Shown: positions 50,101 through 64,000, counted from the stretch's first letter. The stretch is 64,000 bases of DNA from Camelus dromedarius (GCF_036321535.1 NC_087437.1:16680001-16744000), one strand, 5' to 3'. Program-made: numbers and translations. Notes: generated by a model not told the origin, from the sequence alone.

Positions 50101-53100
50101 TGATTAATCTTTAGAATGTTCCATGTGCACTTGAGAAGAATGTGTATTCTGCTGCTTTCTTGTGGAATGCTCTATAAATACCAATTAAGTCCATCTAGTC
50201 TAGTGTGTCATTTAAAGCCAGTGTTTCCTTATTGATTTTCTGTCTGAATGATCCACCCTTTGATGTAAACAAGGTGTTAAATTCCCTGCTATTATTGTTT
50301 TATTGTCAATTTCTCCTTTTATGTCCATTAATATTTGCCTTATATATTTAGGTGCTCATTTGTTGGGTGCATATATGTCTACAGTTGTTATAACTTCTTG
50401 GATTGATCCCTTGATCATTATGTAATGTCCTTCTTTGTCTCCAACAGTATTTTAAAGTCTGTTTTTTTCTGACATTAAGTATTGCTATTCTGGCTTTTTT
50501 TTTTTTATTTCCATTTGCATGGAATACCTTTTTCCATCCCCTTACTTTCAGTCTGTGTGTTTCTCTAGATCTGAGATGAGTCTCTTGTAGGCAACATAAT
50601 ATCAATCCTGTTTCTGCATCCATTCAGCCACTCTGTGTCTTTTGGTTGGAGCGTTTAGTCTGTTTGCATTCAAGGTAATTAACGATACATATGTTCCGGT
50701 TGCTATTTTGTTCATTGTTTTGGGTTTGTTCTTGTAGTTCTTTTTTTCTTTTCTTCTTGTGTTCATATCTTTTGTGTTATGTTTGGATTTCTTTTTCTTT
50801 TTTGTGTGTTTGTCTATTACAGATTTTTTAAATTATTGTATTGTTTATTTTATTTTGGCAGTGGGGGAAGTAATTAGGCTTATTTATTTTTAGAGGAGGT
50901 ACTAGGGATTGAACTCAGGGCCTCCTGCATGTTAAGCATGTGCTCTACCACTGGAGCTATACCCTCCTCCTATTATAGATTTTTGGTTTGTGGTTACCAT
51001 GAGATTTTTGTATAACAGCCTATATATATCCATGATTGTTTTAAGTTTCTGATCTCTTAATTTCAAATGCATTTTTAAAACCTGCATTTGTACTCTCCTC
51101 CCCTCACAATTACTGGTTTTGATGTCATATTTTACATCAAATTGTTTTGTGTATCCTTTAACTGCTTATTGTGACTATAGATGATTTTACTACTTTTGTC
51201 TTTTAACCTTGCTACTGGCTTTGTGTATGGATGATTTCCTACCTTTACTATATGTTTGCCTTTCTGGTGAGCTTTTTCATTTCATAGTTTTCTTGTTTCT
51301 AGTTGTGGCCTTTTCTTTTTTCCCCTAGAGAAGTTCCTTTAACATTTGTGATGGTGCTAAATGCATTTAGCTTTTGCTTGTCTGTAAAGCTTTTGATCTT
51401 GCCATGAAATCTGAAGGAGAGCCTTGCTGGATAGAGTTCTTGGTCATAGGCTTTCCTCTTTCATCACTGTAAGTATATTGTGCCACTCCCTTCTGGTCTA
51501 CAGAGTTTCTGCTGAAAAATCAACTGATAGCCTTATGGGATTTCCCTTATATGTTATTTGTTGCTTTTAATATTTTCTCTTCACCTTTAATTTCTGTCAT
51601 TTTGATTACAGTGTGTCTTGGTGTGTTCCTCTTTGGGTTTTTCCTGTACGGGACTCTGCATTTCTTGGACTTGGGTAGCTATTTCCTTTCCTAGGTTAGG
51701 GAAAGCTTTTAGCTATTATATTTTCAAATATGTTTTAGGCCTTTTTTCTCTCTTTTCTCCTTCTGGGACCCCTATATTGTGAATATTAGTGCATGTGATG
51801 TGTTGTCCCAGAGGTCTCTTAAACTGTCTTCATTTCTTTCCATTCTATTTTCTGTCAGGGGCAGTGTTTTCCAGTACTCTGTCTTCCAGCTCACTGATCC
51901 ATTCATCTGTATTATTTAGTCTACTCTTGAGTCCTTGTAGTGTATTTTTTTCTTCAGTTATTGTATTCTTCATCTTTGTTTGGTTGTGCTTTATATTTTC
52001 CAACTCTTTTTTGAAAACTTCTAACTTCTCATTCTGTGCGTTCATTCTTCTCCCAAGTTATTTCATCATCTAAACCTTTTCTTGAGTAGGTTGCATACCT
52101 TCACTTCACTCAGTTCTTCTTCTGGGGTTTCATCTTATTCCTTCGTCTACATGTTCGTCTACTGCCTCGTTTTTTCTAAGTTGCTATTGGTATTTTTATG
52201 TATGTAGGTGGTTAGTTATATTTATAGACCTTGGAGAAGTAGACTTCTGTAGGAGACGTCCTATGCATCCCTGCATTCATTGCTTTCTTGTCACCCAAGC
52301 TGTATGCTTTAAGGATTCCCCCTATGAGGGCTACATGGGCATACAACCCTTCTGTTGTGGTGTGCTGACTATGTGGGCTGTCTAATAAGCTTGGTTGGTC
52401 TCTTTCCCAGTTGGTTGCCAGGCCAGCCTTGTGCAGATGCTGCTGGTTAGCAGGGTCTGGTCACAAGGCTATTGACTGCAGAACCCCCACTAGTGCTGGC
52501 TCACTGGTGGAAAGAGTCTAGCTGCAGGATCCAGGGATCCCAGAGCCAGTATAAGATTGTGGTGGATGGGGGAGGGACATTGCTGACAGTTTAGAATGGG
52601 GTCCAGGTGATCCCAAAACTTGTGTTGGCCTGCTAGTGGGCAGAGCTGAGGCCCAGGTGGTTCCAGGGTAGAGTCTGGCCTGCTGTAGACAGGCTGCATA
52701 CACAGGTTATGAGACTGTGGTTTTCTTACCTCTGGTATCTGCCCCCTGTCACCTCCCACCTCTCCAAGAGACTCTCCAAGACCAGCAGGTAAGTCTGGCC
52801 TAGGCTCCTATCAAATTACTATTTTGGCCCCAGCTCCCAGTGTGTGTGAGATTTTGTGTGTGCCTTTTAAGAGTAAAGTCTCTATTTCCCATAGTCTGTT
52901 CGGACTCCTGATGTGAAACCCTGCTGGCCTTCAAAACCAAATGCTCTGGGGGCTCCTCTTCCTGGTGCAGGACCCCTGGGGAGCCCTATGTGGGGCTCAG
53001 AACTCTCACTCCTGTGGAAGGACCTCTGCACTATAATTCTCCCATTTGTGGGTTGTCCATCCAAGGGTATAGGAGTTGATTATATCATAAGTCTACCCCC

Positions 53101-53270
53101 CTCCTACCTGTCTCACTGTGGTTCCTTCTTTATGTCTTTAGTTGTAGAAGATATTTTCTAGTAGGTTTCAGTCTTTTTCATAGATGGTTGTTCTGCAGAT
53201 GTGGTTTTTGTGCGTTCATGAGGGAGGTGAGCTGGGGGTCTTTCTAGTCCGCCATCTTGGCCGATCTCCA
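46610..53270 (-). mobile_element. Near full-length degenerate LINE-1 (5' UTR, ORF1, ORF2, 3' UTR)
   Basis: ORF1 coiled coil (ELENIKHNQTKMKNTITE...SRLNNTDEWISELEDR); ORF2 endonuclease (LCCLQETHLRSRETHRLKVRGWKKVFHANG); AKAVLRGKF motif; GC-richer 5' UTR containing GCCATCTT (YY1-type site) near 53251; many stops. Confidence 0.95.
50829..50970 (-). mobile_element. tRNA-derived SINE (Vic-1-like) inserted in the long L1
   Basis: Reverse complement of the same SINE; TSD TATTAYAGATTTTT at 50815-50828 and 50971-50984. Confidence 0.9.
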
Positions 53271-53799
53271 GTCTTGTGGCTTTAAACCCTTTATCTGGTG
53301 CTTACTCCCAAATCTTTATTGTCATCTCCCATCTCTTCATTGTCAAGTATATTCACCTGAATGGGAAATGTCTCCTCTTGGATGCCCTGCCAAAACGAAA
53401 CAACTCAGGCCTGAAGCTAATTGGTCTCTCCTACACCATTGCTTCTCAACCTTAACACACAGTAATGAGCCCCAGCCTCATCCTCACATCTCCCTAGAAC
53501 TCATTTTTAGTTTTTAAAATCTGTTATCAAATATTATATATTCTTATGTTTAAAGTGGTACAACTTAAAAGACCTTTTAAAAAGGTCAATTTCCCCTTCC
53601 AACGAGGCTTGCTTCTCAGAGACAATCACTGCCAATTTTTTCTTAGCATTTTTTCCATTATTCAACTCCATATTTATAAATGCATATATATTACAGATTA
53701 ATCGTTCATTAATTTAAAACATTATGCCTTGTCTTCCTAATATGAATTTCAGTTCTCTCACCCCTATTCCATCACATTATCAAAATTAAGGGTAAAAAT

Positions 53800-55925
53800 T
53801 TTGTGATTATGTCAACAGGTGCAGACTAAATATTTAACAGAATTCTACCACCATATGAAATTTTTTAGAACTCACAACAAACTAGAAATAGAAGAGAACT
53901 TTCTTAGTCTGATAAAGGGTATCTACCACAGCAGCTATCATCATATTTAATGGTGAAAGACTGAATACTTTTCCCTAAAATCCAGTACAGGGCAAAGATT
54001 TCTGAACTCACAACTTCTATTCAGTACTGTTCTGGATATTCTAACCAGTGCAGTTGTCAGGAAGGCAGTAAATATTAGAAAGGAAAAAGTAAAATTCTCT
54101 AGTCTCAGACAACATGATTGTCTATATAGAAAATCCCAAGAAATTTACCCCCAAAATGCTATAAATAATACAATCAAGTGGCAAGTTGACAAGATCAATA
54201 TACATAAATCAATTGTATTTCTCTATACCAGCAAACAGACACAATGGAAAATGAAATTAAAATAATAGTACCATTTGTGTTAGCATCAAAAAACATGAAA
54301 TACTTGCAAGCAAATTTAATGAAAGGCCTACAAACATTGCTGAGAGAAACTAAAGAGCATCTAAACAGTGAGATATACTATGTTCATGGATTATAATGAT
54401 TGGAGACTTGATATTCTTAAGATCTCCATTGTCACCAAATGGAAATTTAGATTCAATGAAATTTTATTTTCCAATCAAAATTCTAGCAGGTTATCTTTGT
54501 GAAAGTTGGCAAGATGATTCCAGTATTGTTATAAAGTGCAGAGAACATAGAATAGCCATAACAATTCTGAAAAAGAAAAAAAATGGAAGATTTACATTAT
54601 TATTTTAAGATTTAATCTAATTCTACAATAATTAAGACAGAATGGTATTGGTGAATATTAAAGACAAAAGAATAGAGACTCCAGAAATAAATCCATATAT
54701 ATTATCATTTGTTTTTCAGCAAAGGCTCCAACATAGTTCAGTGGGAACAAGACAGTCTTTTGAATAAGTGGTGCTGGATGATATTCAAACTTAGCCTCAT
54801 AATATATGTAAAAATGAATTCAAAATGGAACATAAACCTTGAAATCATAAAACATAAAACCAAAAAAACTTTAAGAGAAAATGTTTATGTTCTTAAGATA
54901 GGCAAAGATCTTAAGACTGGCAAATGTATTATTAACTGTAAAAGAAAATTGGATTAATTGGGTTAATAAAAATTAGAATTAAAACCTCCTACTCTTTGAA
55001 AGCTACTGCTAAGAAAATGGAAAGGGAACCCATAGACCAAGAGATAATGTCTATATCTACAATATATAAATGAACTTTTAGAACTCAGTAATAAGAGACA
55101 GCCAAAAGATTTGAATAGAAACTTCACAAAAGAAGATATATATGAATTGCTAATGAGCATACAAAAAATGCTCAACATCATTAGTTGTCAGGGAAATGCA
55201 GATTAAAGCCACAGTGGGTACCACTTCACACTCACTAAAATGGCTAAAATTAAGAAAACGGACAAGTCTCCAAAAGACTGTAGAACCACTAGAGCTCTCA
55301 GGTGTTGCTGATAAGACTGTAAAATGGTAGAACCACTTTGGAAAACAGTTTTACAGGCTTTTATAAAGTTAATGTACACTTCTCACAATTCAGTAATTCT
55401 ATTGTTAATTACCCAAAAGATATAAACATATATCCACAAAAAGGCTTTTACTTGAAGGTTCATAACAGTTTTAATTCATAGCAGTCCAAACTAGAAACAA
55501 CCCAAATGTCCATTAACTGAACAGATAAGACAAATTTGGGTATATTTATTATATAGTAGAATATCTGCTAAGCAGTAAATAGGTGTATACAACTGATGCA
55601 TTCAGTAATGTGGACGAATCTCAGAACCATTGTGTGAAGTGAGAGAAGCCAGACTAAGAAGTATACATGTCATATGGTCACATTCATGTGCAGATCTAGA
55701 ACTGGCAAAGCTAGTGTATGGTGGTGGGACTCTGGTCAGTGGTTGTAAAATATTGCAGGCTAGGAGAATTGATTGGGAAAGGGCACAGGAATAGTTTTGG
55801 AGCAATGTAAATGTTCTTTCCTTTTTAGGGCAGTGGTTCTTGTTTCAGTTCATTGAACTGTACATTTAATATGAACATATTTATTGTGTGTAAACTATAC
55901 ACCAATAAAACTGATTTAAAATAAA
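53800..55925 (+). mobile_element. Ancient L1M ORF2-3' fragment
   Basis: CTGATAAAGGGTATCTAC...AATGGTGAAAGACTGAA...ATGATTGTCTATATAGAAAATCC...AATAAAACTG. Confidence 0.85.
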
Positions 55926-57409
55926 AGTGAGGCTCTGAAAAGCTGAAAGGAAGCTCTCTGATTGTAGGTAGCATTGTCCGTTAGTGGGCTTCACTGTAAG
56001 GAGATCATGTGGTTAGGTGGGATTTCTAATCTTCAAAAAAGGATTCTATAATCCAGAGTGGGGGCTGGGAGCTGAAGGTAATAAGCCTAGTTTCTGGCAA
56101 CCTGGACTTGGGCAGGGGAAAGGGAGCTGGTGGGCTGATTATTTGGAAAGTAGAATTTTACTCAGCTTTAAGTCCTTTATCACCCACTTTGTGTTATGGT
56201 CCTGGAGTTGGTACTTTTTTGGTTCAGTTTTTTTTTTTTTTTTCACCAGCAGATAAGATTTCTGTCATCAGCAGCATGAAGGAGGGACGATTTTCTGAGT
56301 TTGTGGAGTAGGGGTGGGGAGGACTCTAACTATTCTTTGCAGACTTTCAAATAATCCCTGTGTTCAGTCCTCTACCCAAGCTCATTTTCTGTGGTATCTG
56401 ATATCTCCAAACCTGAGCCTTTTGGGGGCTGTGCAGGGGGAATTGGTTTGTTTGCCATTAATATCCCTTCCTCCTCTACTGTGCAAAGTCACTTACCATT
56501 CTGTTTCCTGTCTTTATATATACATACATTGATTTGGGGTCACAGGTGTCTTCTCACTTCTTTGAAGATGGAGTTTACATTCTTACTTTTGTTCTTACTT
56601 TTTGGAGGAGACCCTGAAACTGTAAAACCCATACTGTACATTTTCAACGTCAGCAATACCAAACTCCTTATAATTCTTCAAACATGCAAGGTTTTTTCAT
56701 ATCTCTGTGCCTTTGTAGAATTTATTTTTTCTTAGAAGGTCCAGTTTAATCCCTTCTTCACCTGGTAAGGCTTTTGTCTTTCAAAATCCAGTTCTCCCTC
56801 CTAACTTTTCTTGTCAGCTGCCTCTGTACTTTTGTTTCACAACAGGTCCACTTCATTAGGACTGGCCATATAACAGTTTACTCTGGAGGAATACCAGGAG
56901 CCAGTGGAGAGTACTTGTTAGAGTAATCATACACTGCTTAAAGCAGAAGTGATGGTGTTGAATGAGCTCTGAAGTTGCATATGAACCACTTAGATAGAAA
57001 TTGGGAAACCAGACTCTGGCCCTTTGCAGGGATGAAAGAACCAGGAGAGACAGAATGCTTGGGGGATGTGGGCAGGCAGCGTGAAACAAGACCTGAGGAG
57101 GAACAAATGTAAACACTCAAAATAATTTCTCTAATTTCCCAAGGAATCTTCTATATTCTGCCTTCTACCCCTGCTGTAACATGTTTAGACTGATATTTCA
57201 TCACATTGAAGATCATAAAACACATTAATTCATGTGCCATTGAGAAAGAAAGAATTCAAACTATGATACAATGCCCTCTTATTCTTATCATTTAGTACTT
57301 TTTGACTTATTGGAAGAGTTCTCTTAGACTAATGTTGACAGATATTTTTAATTATACATGACACTTGTGCACACATGGTCTTTGGGACTATCCCATAGTC
57401 TTTAGGACT

Positions 57410-58430
57410 TTTTTTGAGATCACCATTGCTAAGGTTACCAGTGACCTTCATGTTAGCAAGTCCAGTGGGTAATTTTTGTTTTTTTTTAACCTCTCTGCAG
57501 CATCCAACGCCAGTAACCCTGTTTTCAAAGTTTCTCCTTCAGCATCTTTGAAACTGCTTCTTAGGCTGCCTCTAAAACTTCTGCTCTTCTCTTTAGCCAG
57601 GAATGTCAGTGATCCTCAGCCCAGAGCTCTTCTCACTTTATGCACTCACCCTGAGTGACCTCTCGGGACTGCATCCCTAACCCAGATCTGCCTGCTGACG
57701 TCCAGGTTTTTATATTCATATTTCATCCCGTCATCTCCACTTGGTTGTTCCACAGGGACTTCTTCAAACACACATTCAGAATAAAACTCTTTATCTTTTC
57801 TATGGCCACTTCCCATAAAACAGAAACAAAAAGTCTGCATTGGGAGTGACAGCATTAGTCCCCCAATACCCAAGCCAGAAACCCAAGATTCCTCCCTCTC
57901 ACTTTCCCCTCTTCCTCCTCTGTGAATTCTTTCTCTCTGTCTAATCAGTGCCCTCCTCTTTGTTAACTGCTGCCACCTCCTTGATTTAGGGTCTCACCGC
58001 TTCTCACACAGATTACAGTAGCCTTCTAATTGATTTCTATGCCTCTATTCAGCTGCTACAGTGATCTTTTCATACATAAATTCATCATGTCACTCCACAC
58101 CCTAAAAGTCCTTGTTTATTTTCCCACAGTTTACAGAATAAAGTTCAGACTGCTTAGGTTAGCACACAAGACAGCCTGTGGTCCACTTCCTGCTGCTCTC
58201 TGGTTTCCTTCCCTCTTGCTTGTCTGTACACTCCCCTCGTGAAATCAGCCAGAACTACTTGTTGTTCTGAACTCACTGTGCCATGATAGGCCTCTGAGCC
58301 TTCAGGTACGTTTTCCCCTGCCTAGAATATTGCTCCCTTCCTTTTTGTCTAACTAATTCTCATCAATCCTTCAAAACATACATCTCTTACTTTCGGAAGT
58401 CTTTCCTGACTCCAGTCTGATTTAGATGCT
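57410..58430 (+). mobile_element. L2 fragment
   Basis: AAGGTTACCAGTGACCTTCATGTT...CTCCACTTGGTTGTTCCACAGG...CAGAATAAAGTTCAGAC. Confidence 0.75.
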
Positions 58431-59084
58431 CTAAATTGACAAAGGGCACAAAGAAAGATTTTACAAATGAATAACACAAACTGTCTACTAGGTAAATAAA
58501 AAGATGTTCAGGGCAGATTAAAACAATGTATTTCATTTGTTCATCTACCAAATTAGCAAGGAAAACATGGGGAAATGGGCCCATTCTTACACTGATATTA
58601 GAAGTATAAATTTGTCATTTTTCTAGAGGGTAGAAAATGAATGTATATATCTATATATCTAAGAACCTTTAAAAAGTATATGCATACACACACACTCCTT
58701 TTGACTCAGCATTCTACTACTTGGAATATATTCTAAGAAAATAACTTTTTCTTTTGGGTAAAACATTTTCATAAGAAAATATCAGGATGTTCATAAAAAT
58801 ATTAACAGTAGTTATTTCTGAATGGTGATATGGGTAATGAAAAAAATTTTTTTACTTACAAATATTTTCTAACTTTTCTGATAAGAATATGTATTAATTG
58901 TGAGAGCAAAATGGGGGAAACAGAAGCCCTACCCTAGTGCTCCTGATACCCATTGTGCTTGCTTCTTTTGTTGCCCTCGTTAAACAGTAAGTGTGCTGAG
59001 GGCCATCACCATGAATTATTCAGCATCATCCCACCAGGGTCAGGCTCAGAGTAGAAAATGTTTGATGAGTGAGTTGTACCAATA

Positions 59085-59285
59085 ACAGCTAACAGTTATT
59101 GAGCATTTCCTGTGTCTTGGGCATTGTTCTAAGCATTCAACGTATTAACTTAATCCTCATGAGATGAGTATCATTATCTCCATTTTGCAGATGCAACGGG
59201 CTGACAAAAGTTAACCAACTTATGTAAGGCCACACAGCTGTAAGTGGCAAGGTTGGAAATCAAACCCACGCAGCCTGGCTTTTAC
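59085..59285. mobile_element. MIR SINE
   Basis: ATAACAGCTAACAGTTATTGAGC...TTAATCCTCA...CCATTTTGCAGATG...AAGGCCACACAGCTGTAAGTGGCA. Confidence 0.85.
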
Positions 59286-59864
59286 CAAGAGGCACAAGAT
59301 AGCATCTTGGTTCTGAGTTAGATTGTATCTCTGATTGAGAATAGTTGGATTAGATTCCATGTCTAAGATTCCAGCCAGACAATTGGTTTTCAGTTGAATT
59401 ATGTTCTAGATGAAAAGGCAGAATTTGACACCCACATATCTGAACCAAATATCAGGGAAGTAGTCTTCATTTCTTTGGCCCATTAAAGAAAAGCTCAGAT
59501 CATTGTAGACTGTAAACTTACGGAAACTGGTGCCACCCTTTGGGATTTGGCTTTGCTGTATGTTCCCTCTCTCTGCAATTCATGTCCCTTCAAAACTTAA
59601 CTCAAAGACCCAAATTTGTAATTAATTCTTTAACTCTTCCAGTACTTTTCTTTCTCAGTTGGATTACTTGTGACCAGGTCATCAGATTTCATTTTTAAAA
59701 CCAATGAATCTCCATTTTTGCCATACCTTTTTTCCTTCATATTTTCTTTTAAAGTCTCAGAATTTCTGAAAGCAGCATTCCTGTTATGAACTACACTATT
59801 TAACGTGGTAGCCTCTAGCCAAACGTGACTTTTTAAGTTAAAATTAATTAGAATAGTCAGAAGA

Positions 59865-60810
59865 TTTAAACAGCACTTCTCCAGGGAAGATATGGGGCTG
59901 GTCAATAAGCACAGGAAAAGATGTTCAACATCATTAGCCATAAGGGAAATGTAAGTTAAAGCCCCAATGAATTAACACTGCACACTGTTCAAATGGCTAA
60001 AATAGAAAATATTGATAATTGCAAATGTTGAATAGGATGTGGAATCAACCGTATTGCTCATGTATTACTGGTGGGAATGTAAAATGGTATAGCCACTCTG
60101 GTAAACAGCTGGCCGTTTCTTATAAAAAAAAATATACCTAACATACAACCCAAAAGTCAGACTTGTAGTTATTTACCCTAGAGAAATGACAACTACGTTC
60201 ACACAAAACCCTACACACTAATATTCACTGCAGTTTATTTGTAATAACCAAAAACTAGAAACAACATAAATACCCTTTAATGAGTGAATGGGCAAACAAA
60301 CTATATATCTGCACAATGGACTACTACTCAGCAATAAAAAGGAATGAGCTGTTGATACACATGGTAGTGTATGACCCTCAAAATCATTGTGTTCAGCAAG
60401 AGAAGCCCATCTCAAAAGTTCACATACTGTATGATTCCATACATAAAATATTCTTGAAATGACAAAATCATAATGATGGAGAACAGATCAGTGGTCTGTT
60501 GACTGGATGATGACAAAAGAGTAGTATGAGGGAGTTTTGAGGACTAGCAGGATAGTTCTGTATCCTGATTGTGGTGATAGTTACTATAAAAGGAAGGGAG
60601 GAAGGAAAGAAAGGAAGGAGTGAATGCATGTACAGCCGGTAAAATCCAAATAAGGTCAGTAGTTCAATTAACAGTACCAGTGTCATTTTCCTTGTTTTGA
60701 TCATTGTACTGGGGTGATGTAGGAAGTTACCATTGGAGGAAACTGGGAAACTGGTACATGGGAATTCTCTGCACTATTTTTAAACTTCTATGTGAGTCTA
60801 AAATATTTTC
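59865..60810 (+). mobile_element. Old L1M 3' fragment nested in a MER3-like MITE (halves at about 59790-59860 and 61560-61686)
   Basis: AAGATGTTCAACATCATTAGCCAT...GGACTACTACTCAGCAATAAAAAGGAATGA; MER3-like halves on both sides. Confidence 0.8.
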
Positions 60811-60820
60811 AAAACTAAAA

Positions 60821-61544
60821 GGAACCCTCCTGCACTGTTGGTGGGAATGTAAATTAGTGCAGCCATTAAGGAAAACAGTATGGAGGTTCCTTAAAAAATG
60901 AAAAATAGACTTACCATGTGATCCAGCAATCCCACTCCTGGACATCTATCCAGAGTGAACTCTAATTCAAAAAGATATATGCACCCCAATGTTCATAACA
61001 GCATTATTTACAATAGCCAAGACATGGAAGCAACCTAAATGTCCATCAACAGATGATTGGTTAAAGAAGATGTGGTATAGAATGGGATACTACTCAGCCA
61101 TATAAAAGAATGAAATAATGCCATTTGTAGCAACATGGTTGGATCTAGAGATTATCATATTAAATGAAGTAAGTCAGACAGAGAAAGACAAATATCATAT
61201 GATGTCACTTATCTGTGGAACCAAAAAAAAAAAATGGACTTATTTACAAAACAGGAATAGACTCACAGACATAGAAAACAAACTTACGGTTACCAGTGGG
61301 GAATGGGCTGGGAAGGGATAAATTAGGAGTTCAAAATGTGCAGATACAAACTACTATATATAAAATAGATAAACAACAAAGTCCTGTATAGCACAGGAAA
61401 CTATATTCAATTCTTTGTAATAGCCTATAATAAAAAAGAATATAAAAAGGAATATATGTATGTACATGTATGACTGAAACACTTTTCTATACACCAGGAA
61501 TTGACAGAAAATTGCAAACTGACTGACTTCAGTTAAAAAAACTG
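60821..61544 (+). mobile_element. Younger 5'-truncated L1 3' end
   Basis: [65 protein letters not shown] at 60810-60820 and 61545-61555. Confidence 0.92.
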
Positions 61545-63144
61545 CAAAACTAAAATGTTTTAAATTCAGTACTTCAGTTACACTAACCACGTTTAAAATG
61601 CTGCCATGTGGCTAATGGCAGCTATATCAGATAGTGCAGATATGGACTCTTTCTGTCAATGCAGAACATTTTGTTGGACAGCACTGGTATAAAAGTATAC
61701 GTCTGACCTTGGCCAGTGTTCGCTCCTCCTTGACTCTTTCAAATTCTAATATCACATGAATACTTTCTTGTATTTTCTGCCATGTTACCTTATCAACTGA
61801 TTGTTTTGATTATTTTCAAGCCTAGAGAAATATTTCTCTTTAATTTCTCAAATTTTAGAAAAATAAAATAGTCTTTGTATAAGCTTAGGAATTTATCTGA
61901 CATATGTTTTAATAGGTGTCTGGATATTTAAATTTTCCAACACTTATGTGTTTTGATTCTGAACCAGTTTTGTCACCTGTATTAGGATATAGTCCTAAGT
62001 AGTTCTCATATGGTTATTCTAAAATACTTAACAGTATTCTTTGTTTTCCTTCCCTTTTATCCTTACCCCAAATCTCTTTCAAAAGCTTATATTTCTGAAA
62101 AGGTGCATAGTTTTTCATGTTTGGTGCTATTTCTTCCCTGTCTTCCAGATGTGCATCTTTTGAAAAGGTAATTCCTTCCGTTGCCATGTTCTAGCCTTTT
62201 GTCCCATAACACTTATTCCTCTTTGGCATCTTTGTATTTTCACTTAAAAATTACCAGGCACTTCCTTTACTATGGCATTTCTTCCCAGTTCAGCTTCATC
62301 CATCCTGCATGCTATCTGGCTTTATAGTTTTGTATGAGCCACCATCTGTAATTTGAATGTGGAGAAGTAGAAGATGAAACAATAGCTCAAGATCCATTCA
62401 CATAGCAGCAAAGTTGAGACATTGAAGGACAAAAAGAACAGAGTGACATACCTGAAGAATACCACAGAGAGAAATAAAGGAATATTGAAATTAAGATTTA
62501 TATCTTTGTGGGTAGAAAATCTGAATTTTGTAATGATATCATTGTTCCTTCAAAGTAATTCATAAGTATATTACAATTATAATCAGATTCCAGTAGTATT
62601 TTTCTTAAAACTGGGCAATACAAAAATTCATTTGGAAGACCATCAAAGAACATTTGGAGCATAAAAAAGAATCATAATTAGGGATATGAGAAAGAAACAG
62701 GTAGTAAAACTTAGTAAGACAACAGTAATTATGATAGTGTAGGACTGTCATAATGAGAGTACTAATCATTGGCTCAAAAGGAGACAAGAATACTCTAACC
62801 ATTGTAAGAATTCATCAAAAGGACAGGTTCTTCAACATTATTACCTGCCTCATGGCAGGCTCTAAATAAATATTTTGTGGGGAAAAAAAGGAAATGTTCT
62901 TCATGAATTAATTGTATTAATTGTATTTTTATTCACTAAGTCTCTAATACCTAAATGAGTAAATGATGCAATAGACAATTTACCAGAGAAGAAATATAAG
63001 AAATTAGCAAAATAAATAGAATTTTTTAGGGTTGAAGAAGTAATAATGAAAACAGTGAAGTTCTGTTTCTCATTATTAAATGGGTAAAGGTTTTTATTGT
63101 TAAAACACCAATGCGATTGTTGGTGGAGTTAAACTGATACTCTC

Positions 63145-63985
63145 CTTCGTTGCTGTCGTCATCTCTTTCCTATCCTTGCCTTAGCCCACCATTCTCGATG
63201 CAGTAGAATTTATTGCACATTCTGTTGTTCAGCAACTCACACTGGCTCTGTGTTTGAAATATATACATCATCCATATATCTTCACTGTTCTTCTCCGGGT
63301 TCAAGCCCCCCAGCCTTCTTGCCTGATTTTGTGCCGTAGCCCCTAACTTGTCTCCCAGCTTCTTACCTTGCTCCTCTACAGTCTCCTCTGAACACAGAAG
63401 CACAATTGCCAATTTGAAATGTAAGTCTGATCACATCATTGCTCTGCTCAGTAGACATCAATTGTTTCCCAACTCAGACTAAAGCCAAATTCTTCATAAT
63501 AGTCTACAGACCCTGCATGATTTAGACTCCTACATTTCCTTTCTGACCTCGTCTTCCACGCTGCCCCCTTGCTTTTTCCTGCTTCAGTCACTTTAGCCTT
63601 GTCATTCTTGTAGTAAATCAAGCATGCTCCCACCTAGGGCCTTTGTGCTTATGGTTACTGTGCCTGAGATGACTTAGCTCAAAATACCTCTTCAGCCTGC
63701 TCCCTCTCCTTTCACGTCTTTGATCAGAGGTCGATGAGGTCTTCCCTGACTGCTCTTTGTAACACAGCACCCTCTCATCCTTTCTGGACACTTTCTCTGC
63801 TTCATTTTTCTCTATAGCACATATCACCATCTAAGTTATATGTTCATATATGTGTTTTTCTTTTTCCAACTGGATTGTCAGTTCCATAAGGACAGTTCCA
63901 TAGGACTGCTGTATCCCTAACACTCAGCAAGTAGTAGGCACATAGTAGGCACTCAGTATTTATTGACTGAGTGAGTACATTGATT
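63145..63985 (+). mobile_element. L2 3' fragment
   Basis: AAATGTAAGTCTGATCACATCA...GGCACATAGTAGGCACTCAGTATTTATTGACTGA. Confidence 0.85.
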
Positions 63986-64000
63986 GAACCTTTTTGAAAG

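Noticed and set aside
62149..62167. Micro-exon-like TTCCAG|ATGTGCATCTTTTGAAAAG|GTAATT
   Set aside because: Only 19 nt and supported by splice-like motifs alone; cannot be called without transcript data.
1..64000. CRISPR arrays, operons or other prokaryotic systems
   Set aside because: Sequence is mammalian; no regularly spaced repeat-spacer structure was seen.

Overview
Mammalian genomic DNA, probably from a camelid. This is inferred from five tRNA-derived SINEs resembling the camelid Vic-1 type and the absence of any Alu, Bov-tA, PRE-1 or Can-SINE that I could recognise. The window has a CpG-island/GC-box promoter at about 17.9-19.3 kb, with a probable non-coding first exon on + ending at a GT donor at 18528. 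A long repeat-rich intron follows; I found no convincing coding exon and cannot name the gene. Most of the window is old L1, L2, MIR, MaLR LTR and hAT/Tigger DNA-transposon relics, plus a near full-length L1 on - (46.6-53.3 kb). The main result, found by manual translation of the minus strand and not apparent in the ORF track, is a fragmented but colinear fossil of a Sushi-like Ty3/Gypsy chromovirus at about 24.0-36.65 kb, antisense in the intron. It retains gag (capsid motifs resembling PEG10/RTL/SIRH proteins, and a decayed CCHC knuckle), protease, RT, integrase, a C-terminal chromodomain, a polypurine tract and a candidate 3' LTR, broken up by later L2, L1, MLT, hAT and SINE insertions. All protein-family and repeat-family assignments are by eye from remembered consensus motifs and need HMM/Dfam confirmation. 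Repeat boundaries are approximate.
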